Assembly (NCBI GenBank): GCA_963708045.1
Contig: OY970181.1
Location: 579,740-643,739, forward strand
DNA from: an uncultured bacterium
GTDB lineage: Bacteria; Patescibacteriota; Patescibacteriia; CAIQCM01
DNA length: 64,000 nt
Direction of reading: 5' to 3'
The notes beneath the pieces are model-generated. The model was not told where the DNA came from and did no database searches. It was given only the letters and a program-made list of their open reading frames with translations. How positions within the stretch are numbered: position 1 is the first letter of the stretch; every line of letters starts with the position of its first letter. This document shows, piece after piece, positions 7,554 to 15,414 of this stretch. Made by a program: the position numbers and the translations under genes.

Positions 7554-10500
7554 ATGACAGATGCATTAAAACTGTCGTACGGTGTAATGAAGCGCTCCTT
7601 CACGGTTGCCGTGGTGATTGCGACCATTCTTTGGTCCGTTGCCGCGACTTTTGCCGTTGCCCCTCGCGCCGCTCATGCGGCGACCTCGGGTGACCTCGTG
7701 AAGGGCTCGCTCTCGGCTGTCTACTATGTAGGCTCCGACAGCAAGCGCTACGTTTTCCCGAACGACAAAGTGTACTTTACTTGGTACACCGATTTCTCCA
7801 CGGTTAAGAAAATTTCCGACACTGACTTGGCTGCCCTTACAATCGGCGGCAACGTTACTTACAAGCCAGGTGTAAAAATGGTCAAAATCCAGTCTGATCC
7901 TAAGGTTTACGCCGTCGGTCACGGTGGCGTTCTCCGCCCGATCGCTTCGGAAGCCGCCGCCTCCGCCCTCTACGGCTCCACCTGGAACAAAAAGATTGAC
8001 GATATCTCCGACGCCTTCTTTGTGAACTACACTGTTGGTTCGCAAATTTCGTCCGCTTCGGACTTTGTTATCGCCACTGAACAAGCCAACTCCACCTCAA
8101 TCAATACCGACAAGGGTCTTTCCGGCGCTGGCGCGCTTAACATCTCGCTCGCCTCGGACAACCCAGCTGGTTCAACACTTACCTGCAATGCTTCTGGTGT
8201 TAACTTCCTAAAAGTTAATCTCTCGGGCACGGGTACAGTTACTGGCCTCACCTTCCACCGCATTGGTGCTGGTGTTGCCGCTGACTTTAGCAATGTCTAC
8301 CTTTACGATGGAGACACTCGCTTGACCGTTGGCCGCTCGGTGACTTCTTCCGACAACTCGGTTACGTTCTCTAACTTGAACGTTGCCGTTTCCGGTTCAA
8401 AAGAACTCACTTTGGTTGCTGACCTTGCCGCCCTCACCGCCTCCACCGCAACCCCCCCCTCCGCTTGTGTTGCTCTTGCTGGCGACTCCAACGCTTTTGC
8501 GATCAATGCCGCGACCGATGTTGTTACCAACACGACCGTCGGCGGTACCTTCCCAATTGCGGGCGGTTACTTCTCAATCGCTGCTTCTAAGAGCGGTACG
8601 CTTGCCGTTACTCCGGGTTCTGCTCCGTCCAACCCAAAGGTTGGTCAGCAGGCTGCTGAACTTGCCAGCTTTAAGGTTCAGGCTGGTTCATCCGAAGACG
8701 TGATTCTTCGCCGCATCATTGTGACCAACGCGGGTTCTGCCCAGTTGGCCAACCTTGCTAACCTAAAGATTACGGATGCCGGTACAATCATCGCGCAAAA
8801 CCCGATTATTTCGGGAACGACCGCGACCTTTGTGCTTGCTGTCCCATACACTTTGGGCAAAGGCATTCAACGCACGCTCTCGCTCGTTGGCGACGTCCTC
8901 GCGGCTAACCGCGCTGGCGTTGACACGATCAAGTTCTACATTGACCAGACCTACGACGTCTACGCCACTGGTTCCACTTACGGAATGGGCGTGAACGTGA
9001 CCAACACCTTCACTACGGGCAACTCGCTCAGTATTGATGGCGGTCAGATCACTTATGCGTTTAATGGTCCGACAACCGGCAATATCTCGGTTGGCGCTAA
9101 CGATGCTAATCTCCTCAAGTTCGCGATTACTTCGCAGAACAATATTGAAGTGAAAAGCACGACCGTTCGTCTCACTTTTAGTGCTGACGTTTCGGCCGAT
9201 ATCGCTAATGTCACTGATATTAAAATCAAGAACGCCGACACCGGCGTTGTTGTCGCTGGTCCGTTTGACCTTTCGTCCTGGACTGGTTACACCGATGCTA
9301 CTTTCGTAACCGTAGACGCCACGCCGTCACAATGGTATGCCAAGACGTTCACCGATCGCTACGACGTTTCGTCGGGCAAAACGGTTAACTATGTTGTCTC
9401 GGCTGACATTTTGACCACTGGCACGGGTCTCGCCGCCAAATCCGTTACGGCGACCCTCGCCGCTCGCGTTGGCACCAACATCCGCAATATGGATTCCAAC
9501 CTGGATGTTGCCACAACCGATATCGTCCCGGCCTCTGCCCTCGCTGGCAATCCGCAGACGGTTAGCGCTTCTGGTTTGACCGTTGGTCTTGCGAGCTCGC
9601 CTTCAACAGCGACCGTAACCAAGGGTTCTACCGTTAACGCGGTGGGCATCAACTTTACCGCCGGTTCTGCGTCGGACGTTAAAGTTTCTCAAGTTAAGCT
9701 CTATGCTTACATCAACCTTATTAATGGTGATGAAGTCTTGGGCGTTTCGGATGTTGACAGCACAAGCGCGACTCACTATTCCGCTGACTTGGTTCAATCC
9801 GTTTCCATCTGGGACGGTACGACCCAGCTTGGCACCACGCAGTCGCCTTCGGCTGGTCTTCTGACCTTCTCTAACCTTGCGTGGACTATTCCCGCCGGCA
9901 CCACCAAGACGCTTGTTGCCAAGGTAACTTCCTCCAACAACGCGCCTTATGGAGCTCAAACCAACCACATTGTTATTGACTTAGTTGGTACGGGCGATGA
10001 CAACACCACGTCAGACATCGCCGCGACTGACAAGGACACCAACACTGTCTCGGCGACTTCTACAGCTTGGTCTTCTACACAAAGCCACTTGAACACCACG
10101 GCCGCCAATGACACTGCTTGGGGTACCAACGGCGCTCCAGCTGTTTATGACGACATTGTTGCTTCGGGTTCGCTTACTATGAGCCTTGATGGCGACACAC
10201 CAGTTACTTCCATTGTTACGGCCAACACTAACGACAACTCGGTCACCCGCGTTAAGTTTAACTCGGTGAACGAAGCGTTCTTGGTTACCCGTTTGACTGT
10301 GGAAAACGTTGGTTCTATCGCTTCCAGCCGCTCCATTACTTCCGTCCGCGTCTATGACAAAGATGGAACCTTGGTCTGCTCGGGCGCGCTTGATTCCGCG
10401 AACCGCTTGCGTTGTGCAAACGACGCCGGTCTCTTCACGGTAAATGGTAACCACACGGTTACCATCAAGACCAACCTTGCTCAGGAAGGCTCTGGTACAA

Positions 10501-11621
10501 CCGGCGCCAATTCCGGCGATAAGCCGAAAATGGCCGTCGTTGTTCCACAAGCCGATGATGCCGCTGATGTTTACACCGACGACATTAAGGTCGTTGGCGT
10601 TTCCTCGGGCACGGCTTTGGTTGACACAGACGTTGGCGGCGGTTCTTTGACCGTCTCCGACAACTTGCTTGCAACCAAGATCACCGTCGCCACCACCGAT
10701 ATTTCTGGTGGATCATTCGTAGTCGGTGATACTGTTACTCAGGGTAGCGCTACTGGCCGGATCGTATCGGTCACGGTAGTTTCCACCAACACTGTAATCA
10801 CTGTTGTTGACACTGCCGGCGCCGCGTTCACCGCGAGCGGTACTGATCTTGTTAGCACCTCTTCACCTGTTGCGACGGCCGCCACTGTTGGCGCCGTTGA
10901 CACCACTGTTGTGCTTGTCGGCGCTCAGGGCAATAGCTCGGTTATTCGTAAGACTCAACCGACCGTTGCGACTGTTGCTACATCAACAAATCTTATCAAC
11001 GGCGAACAGACTGTTTACCAATTCTCGGTAACATCCTCTTCCAACGCCGATGTTGCGATTCACCAGTTCAACCTCAATATGTCCCGCTACAGCGTAGCTG
11101 TTAATTCGTACCGTGTCTTTGAAAACGGTGCGCCAATTGACGCTTCGCTTTATCGCGTCTGCTCCGGTACTTCTACCGCCGCCCCTGTCTTTGTGGCCGG
11201 CGTTATGACTACTTGTTCAACAGAAGTGAGCGGAAGCAATATTGATTTGACGACCGTTGCTGGTATCGCCACGGGTGATACAACTAAGATTATCTCGGTT
11301 GTCTTTGGCACTGAACGTACGATTGCCGCCGGTACCACCAAGACCTATGCCATCAAGGCTACGGTTTCTGGAGCTATCTCGGGCGATTCATTGAGCCACG
11401 TTATGTCGGATGATGCGACGGAAACCAGCATTTCGGGCGCCAATACCGGCAATCTTGTGAACGTTGTTGCTGCCGCTGCTCCGAACTTCGTTTGGTCCGA
11501 CACCTCGGCTGATTCCCACAACACTGGGACGGCTGCCACTTTTGCCTCCTCTTCAACCGACTGGACCAATGGTTACTTGGTTAAAACCTTGCCAACCTCG
11601 TCTCAAACGCTTTCTCTCTAA
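7554..11621 (+). CDS. Giant secreted surface protein (1355 aa) with an N-terminal conserved ~110-aa module and long T/S/V/A-rich beta-repeat region
   Basis: Signal peptide MKRSFTVAVVIATILWSVAATFAVAPRAAHA. Residues ~46-160 (GSLSAVYYVGSDSKRYVFPNDKVYFTWYTDF...MVKIQSDPKVYAV...DDISDAFFVNYTVGSQI) are homologous to the C-termini of the 12470, 19934 and 21242 proteins. The remainder is low-complexity Thr/Ser/Val-rich. An internal poly-C(8) tract lies at 8452-8459. Confidence 0.8.
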   Translation: MTDALKLSYGVMKRSFTVAVVIATILWSVAATFAVAPRAAHAATSGDLVKGSLSAVYYVGSDSKRYVFPNDKVYFTWYTDFSTVKKISDTDLAALTIGGNVTYKPGVKMVKIQSDPKVYAVGHGGVLRPIASEAAASALYGSTWNKKIDDISDAFFVNYTVGSQISSASDFVIATEQANSTSINTDKGLSGAGALNISLASDNPAGSTLTCNASGVNFLKVNLSGTGTVTGLTFHRIGAGVAADFSNVYLYDGDTRLTVGRSVTSSDNSVTFSNLNVAVSGSKELTLVADLAALTASTATPPSACVALAGDSNAFAINAATDVVTNTTVGGTFPIAGGYFSIAASKSGTLAVTPGSAPSNPKVGQQAAELASFKVQAGSSEDVILRRIIVTNAGSAQLANLANLKITDAGTIIAQNPIISGTTATFVLAVPYTLGKGIQRTLSLVGDVLAANRAGVDTIKFYIDQTYDVYATGSTYGMGVNVTNTFTTGNSLSIDGGQITYAFNGPTTGNISVGANDANLLKFAITSQNNIEVKSTTVRLTFSADVSADIANVTDIKIKNADTGVVVAGPFDLSSWTGYTDATFVTVDATPSQWYAKTFTDRYDVSSGKTVNYVVSADILTTGTGLAAKSVTATLAARVGTNIRNMDSNLDVATTDIVPASALAGNPQTVSASGLTVGLASSPSTATVTKGSTVNAVGINFTAGSASDVKVSQVKLYAYINLINGDEVLGVSDVDSTSATHYSADLVQSVSIWDGTTQLGTTQSPSAGLLTFSNLAWTIPAGTTKTLVAKVTSSNNAPYGAQTNHIVIDLVGTGDDNTTSDIAATDKDTNTVSATSTAWSSTQSHLNTTAANDTAWGTNGAPAVYDDIVASGSLTMSLDGDTPVTSIVTANTNDNSVTRVKFNSVNEAFLVTRLTVENVGSIASSRSITSVRVYDKDGTLVCSGALDSANRLRCANDAGLFTVNGNHTVTIKTNLAQEGSGTTGANSGDKPKMAVVVPQADDAADVYTDDIKVVGVSSGTALVDTDVGGGSLTVSDNLLATKITVATTDISGGSFVVGDTVTQGSATGRIVSVTVVSTNTVITVVDTAGAAFTASGTDLVSTSSPVATAATVGAVDTTVVLVGAQGNSSVIRKTQPTVATVATSTNLINGEQTVYQFSVTSSSNADVAIHQFNLNMSRYSVAVNSYRVFENGAPIDASLYRVCSGTSTAAPVFVAGVMTTCSTEVSGSNIDLTTVAGIATGDTTKIISVVFGTERTIAAGTTKTYAIKATVSGAISGDSLSHVMSDDATETSISGANTGNLVNVVAAAAPNFVWSDTSADSHNTGTAATFASSSTDWTNGYLVKTLPTSSQTLSL

Positions 11622-11718
11622 TCATTTGATTAGCTAAGTTAAAAGCGTAATTAACTTTTGACTTAAGAAAGCGAAGTTTGACGCGATGACCTAAAAAGCA
11701 TCGTTACCAAACGGCAAA

Positions 11719-11748
11719 CCCCTCCGATGATACATCGGAGGGGTTTTG
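11719..11748 (+). terminator. Rho-independent terminator
   Basis: cccctccgatg-atac-atcggagggg followed by tttt. Confidence 0.7.
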
Positions 11749-11753
11749 CGTTA

Positions 11754-11797
11754 TTTACACCCTCCCCCGAGTGCGGGGGAGGGGTTGGGGGAGAGGG
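11754..11797. repeat. GC-rich hairpin repeat (ccctcccccgagtgcgggggaggg family), left direct repeat flanking the DUF559 cassette
   Basis: ttacaccctcccccgagtgcgggggaggggttgggggagaggg. It is almost identical to 12262-12306. Related copies occur at 14953-14982 and, inverted and degenerate, at 12212-12250. Confidence 0.7.
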
Positions 11798-11808
11798 CAA
11801 CTCGTCTA

Positions 11809-12186
11809 ATGGATGTTATAATAATTTCTATGGCACCGATAATAAATACCAATAAATTATTGTCTCGTCGTCGTGATTTGCGCAAAAATCAAACAGAAGC
11901 TGAAAGATTATTTTGGGAAAAAGTAAGATGCGAAAGGTTTTTTGGTCTAAAGTTTAAACGTCAATACAGCGTCGGGTCGTATATTTTAGATTTTTATTGC
12001 CGTGAAAAAAATTTGGCGATTGAAATTGATGGTTCCCAACATATTAAAAATGCTGACTATGATAAAGAGCGAACTTTGTATTTAGAAAATTTTGGGCTTA
12101 CCGTTTTACGTTTTTGGAATAATGAAGTTATGAATAATATGGATGGAGTTTTGGAGGCGATACGGATTAAACTAGAAATTGAATAA
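11809..12186 (+). CDS. DUF559 / Vsr-like (very-short-patch-repair-type) endonuclease domain protein
   Basis: The RRDLRKNQTEAERLFWEKVR...YILDFYCREKNLAIEIDGSQH...LENFGLTVLRFWNNEV motif set is diagnostic of DUF559. The gene is AT-rich relative to its neighbours. The ORF-track start (11746) would include the REP hairpin, so ATG 11809 is chosen, with an alternative at 11830. Confidence 0.8.
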   Translation: MDVIIISMAPIINTNKLLSRRRDLRKNQTEAERLFWEKVRCERFFGLKFKRQYSVGSYILDFYCREKNLAIEIDGSQHIKNADYDKERTLYLENFGLTVLRFWNNEVMNNMDGVLEAIRIKLEIE

Positions 12187-12261
12187 AGTAAACATACTCC
12201 GCCACGCAACCCTCACCCGGCCTTCGGCCACCCTCTCCCACACTTGGGCGAGGGTTTTACG

Positions 12262-12306
12262 TTTACACCCTCCCCCGAGTGCGGGGGAGGGGCTGGGGGA
12301 GAGGGT
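12262..12306. repeat. GC-rich hairpin repeat, right direct repeat flanking the DUF559 cassette
   Basis: tttacaccctcccccgagtgcgggggaggggctgggggagaggg. It is a near-identical direct copy of 11754-11797. Confidence 0.7.
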
Positions 12307-12469
12307 GTCGTTGGTGGTGTATACCCAAAATAATTGTGGATAACTAGAAAAATATTTAATTCTTAAAAAGGAGTATAATAATAATCGGACAAGTTGAAGT
12401 CCGTAAAAATTTATATTTTATCCGCGGGATTAACCGCGATCAATTTTAAATCTTAAATAAAAAAGATTT

Positions 12470-14893
12470 ATGAATGTTCTTCTAAATAATACGGCAAAGG
12501 TAACCTCGCGGGTTGCTTTTTCTGTAATGGCCATTGCGTTGGCTGTTTTATTTCTCTCCGGCATTAAGCCGGCATTAGCCCTATCTGGCGAAGGCGCGGC
12601 GACCATTGCCGACACTACCGGAACTCCGGGTGTTGAACCGGCAGCCGCGGGCGTTACTGCCGAACGTGCGGTATCCGACGTATTCACAATCGTCTTAACG
12701 GTCGGTGCAAGTGGAATTGCCATAGATGCCGCTAATCCGATTTTTACCATCCCGACCGGTTTTACCGCTCCACAGGCGGCGCCGGAAGCTGCTCTTTTAG
12801 ACGTTGATGTTGATGGTGAGTGGTTTGTTGTCGGTGCTGGCGACTCTTGTTCGGTCAATCTGGCGGGGACCACAAACGCTACTGGACAGATGCTTTCGCT
12901 TGATGTTGACGGGGCGTGTGTTACGACCAATACCATCACCGTTACTTACAAAGGGACATCGTCCACTGTAATGACTGCTGCGCCGGTCGTAATAATTACC
13001 GATGATACATCTGGCCCACCTGATCCAGTGGCAATCACTGCACCGCCAACAATCACGGTAAGCGACACGGTTGCTCCAACTGCAACCGATGCCCCAACCG
13101 CCGCCGCTGGTGCGGTTATTAACGATGCCGAAGAAGCTGCCGGTGTTGCCGTTGTTGTCCCACTTGGTACAAGTGGTGCGATTGCGGGCGATACGCTGGC
13201 TTTGTATCTTGGTGGCTCGGCTTTCCCAACACCTTTAACCCACGTTCTTACGGGTGGTGAAATTACGGCAACTGAATATACATTTACCGTTGCATCTGGT
13301 CAACTTGGCGCTGACGGCGCCGGAAAGAGTATCACCGCGTTGGTAACTGATGCCGCCGGTAATCCGGGTACAGCGAGCGCCGCCCTTGTCCTTTCTTTGG
13401 ACACGGTTGCGCCGGTTATTTCCGCGGTTACTCCTTTAACTGGAACATCTAACAACGCCGCACGAACGGTTGGTTATACTTTTGGCGAAGCGGCAGTTGC
13501 CGATGCTGGCACAAAAATATCCTTTATCCGCACTGGTGGCACGGCTGACACGCAAGGAACACATATCTATCTCTTAACTGGCGCTGAATTAACCGCGGCG
13601 GCACATACGATCGCGATTTCGGTTTTAAACGCCGATGCCGTTTCTTTTGCCTTAACTAACGCTTTGGTTGATGGTGCAATTTATACAACTACGATTGACG
13701 CCAAAGATGCCGCCGGTAACGCTTCCACAACAATAACAACATTGCTTGTTACCTATGACACTACGCCGCCAGCAACACCGGTTTCGAGTATTGCTGCGGG
13801 TACTTATCCAAGGTCTCAAAACGTTGCTCTGACCTCAACCGGTTCCAGCTCTATTCGTTACACGGTAAACGGCGATGCGATTGCTGATTGTTCTGCCGGC
13901 ACTCTTTTCGCCGATTACGTCGTTGTTTCTTCATCGCAAACGGTTAAAGCCCGCGGTTGCGATAGCGCCGGAAATATTTCCGTCGCAACAATGTCCACTG
14001 CCTATGTCATTACTAATGGTACAAGCGGCGGTAGTGGTGGATCAACCTATGTTCCGCCTCCAGTAGTTAACGTAATCTCGCCAAACGGCGGCGCGAGTTA
14101 CGCGCCAGGTTCCGTAGTCAGTGTTTCTTGGACTTCTGGCGATGGTGCTTTCGCTAAATATAATGTTTCTTACTCAGACAACAACGGCGCCACCTGGACG
14201 GTGATCGCGAGCAATGTAATCTCCACTAACGCGAGCTGGATAATGCCAAATACCGCCACAACTACGGCCAAGGTTAAAGTTGATGGTTACAATTCAACCG
14301 GTTCGCTTCTTGCTTCTGATTCTTCCAATAGCGTCTTTACAATTACCGGCACTGGCGCTCCGGCCGAAACTCCGGTTGTGCCGGAAACTCCAGCAACTCC
14401 CGCGCCAGTCGTTGACCCGACAGTTAGCGGCTCGTATAACGCCGCCGATGCCAAAAACAACAACCCGACAATCAAGGACGATAAGGGTATTGTCGCCGTT
14501 CCTGCCGGGACAACGGTTTATTGCACCGCCGGAACGCTCATTAAAGGCTCGCTCTCATCGGTTTACTACTGCGGCGCCGATGGCAAGCGTTATGTCTTCG
14601 TGAACGACAAGGCATACTTTACCTGGTACAGCGACTTTACCACGGTTAAAACCATTTCCGACGCCGATATGGCGATGATCCCGCTTGGTGGCAACATCAC
14701 TTATCGCCCAGGCACGAGAATGGTCAAAATTCAATCGGACCCCAAAGTTTATGCCATCTCACGTGGTGGAACTTTGCGCTGGGTTAGCTCCGAAGCAATT
14801 GCCGTGCAACTCTTTGGCGCCGACTGGGCCAAGATGATTGATGATGTTTCTGACGCTTTCTTTGTGAACTACAAAATTGGCGCTCAGATCTAA
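12470..14893 (+). CDS. Secreted surface protein (807 aa) with bacterial Ig-like domains and a C-terminal conserved ~110-aa module
   Basis: Signal peptide plus TM-like segment VAFSVMAIALAVLFLSG. Big-like motifs include TALVTDAAGNPGTASAALVLSLDTVAPVISAVTP. The C-terminus GSLSSVYYCGADGKRYVFVNDKAYFTWYSDFTTVKTISD...MVKIQSDPKVYAI...DDVSDAFFVNYKIGAQI is about 60% identical to the N-terminal module of the 7554 protein. Confidence 0.8.
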   Translation: MNVLLNNTAKVTSRVAFSVMAIALAVLFLSGIKPALALSGEGAATIADTTGTPGVEPAAAGVTAERAVSDVFTIVLTVGASGIAIDAANPIFTIPTGFTAPQAAPEAALLDVDVDGEWFVVGAGDSCSVNLAGTTNATGQMLSLDVDGACVTTNTITVTYKGTSSTVMTAAPVVIITDDTSGPPDPVAITAPPTITVSDTVAPTATDAPTAAAGAVINDAEEAAGVAVVVPLGTSGAIAGDTLALYLGGSAFPTPLTHVLTGGEITATEYTFTVASGQLGADGAGKSITALVTDAAGNPGTASAALVLSLDTVAPVISAVTPLTGTSNNAARTVGYTFGEAAVADAGTKISFIRTGGTADTQGTHIYLLTGAELTAAAHTIAISVLNADAVSFALTNALVDGAIYTTTIDAKDAAGNASTTITTLLVTYDTTPPATPVSSIAAGTYPRSQNVALTSTGSSSIRYTVNGDAIADCSAGTLFADYVVVSSSQTVKARGCDSAGNISVATMSTAYVITNGTSGGSGGSTYVPPPVVNVISPNGGASYAPGSVVSVSWTSGDGAFAKYNVSYSDNNGATWTVIASNVISTNASWIMPNTATTTAKVKVDGYNSTGSLLASDSSNSVFTITGTGAPAETPVVPETPATPAPVVDPTVSGSYNAADAKNNNPTIKDDKGIVAVPAGTTVYCTAGTLIKGSLSSVYYCGADGKRYVFVNDKAYFTWYSDFTTVKTISDADMAMIPLGGNITYRPGTRMVKIQSDPKVYAISRGGTLRWVSSEAIAVQLFGADWAKMIDDVSDAFFVNYKIGAQI

Positions 14894-14916
14894 GTAGAAG
14901 ACAGAAAATAAAAAAT

Positions 14917-14950
14917 TAAAAACACCTCCGATTAATTTCGGGGGTGTTTT
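14917..14950 (+). terminator. Rho-independent terminator
   Basis: acacctccg-attaatt-tcgggggtgt followed by tttgttttt. Confidence 0.65.
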
Positions 14951-14981
14951 GTTTTTACCCTCGCCCGAGTGCGGGAGAGGG

Positions 14982-15063
14982 GAGTTCGTTTCGCCGTAAA
15001 TAACTTTAACGTAATAATACAGAACTCTCCCCACCCTCCCTTTTACCAAAGGGAGGACTAAGA
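14982..15063. repeat. 83-nt structured intergenic repeat, copy 1
   Basis: gagttcgtttcgccgtaaataactttaacgtaataatacagaactctccccaccctcccttttaccaaagggaggactaaga. It contains the ggagttc/gaactcc stem and the ctccctttt-acc-aaagggag hairpin. It is identical to 15197-15279. Confidence 0.7.
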
Positions 15064-15196
15064 CTTTTTGCGCTTTGTCACTTTCTTTGTAAAAAAGATT
15101 TAATTTGAGAATTTTGTATTTGCCCCTTCTTTGCATAATAGCAGGGTTTTATCTGTAACCAGTCTTAGTCCACTCTTTGCAAAAGAGGGGGTAGGG

Positions 15197-15279
15197 GGAG
15201 TTCGTTTCGCCGTAAATAACTTTAACGTAATAATACAGAACTCTCCCCACCCTCCCTTTTACCAAAGGGAGGACTAAGA
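15197..15279. repeat. 83-nt structured intergenic repeat, copy 2
   Basis: Direct repeat of 14982-15063, separated by ~130 nt of unrelated sequence. Confidence 0.7.
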
Positions 15280-15414
15280 TTGTTGTTGAATATTTGTTAA
15301 TAACAATTGTGTTCTAAAAGTGGTATAATAAAAAACCGGACAAAAAGTCCGTGAAATTAAATTTAAAACAGGGGATAAATCCCTGAATGATTTTAAATCT
15401 TAAGAAAAAGATTT

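Noticed and set aside
7566-11569. Multiple minus-strand ORFs inside the 7554-11621 gene (7566-8084, 8027-8293, 9603-9968, 10011-10550, 11345-11569 and others)
   Set aside because: They are embedded antisense to a single uninterrupted 1355-aa ORF that has a signal peptide and a conserved module. Their Arg/Gly/Val-rich composition is typical of antisense read-through in GC-skewed repeats.
11746-11808. ORF-track start of the DUF559 gene at 11746
   Set aside because: The first 21 codons would translate the GC-rich REP hairpin (PPPSAGEGLGER). DUF559 proteins are ~120 aa, so the downstream ATG 11809/11830 is favoured.
14759-15136. 125-aa minus-strand ORF spanning the 83-nt repeat region
   Set aside because: It runs across the terminator and the REP-like repeats. 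No coding signal.
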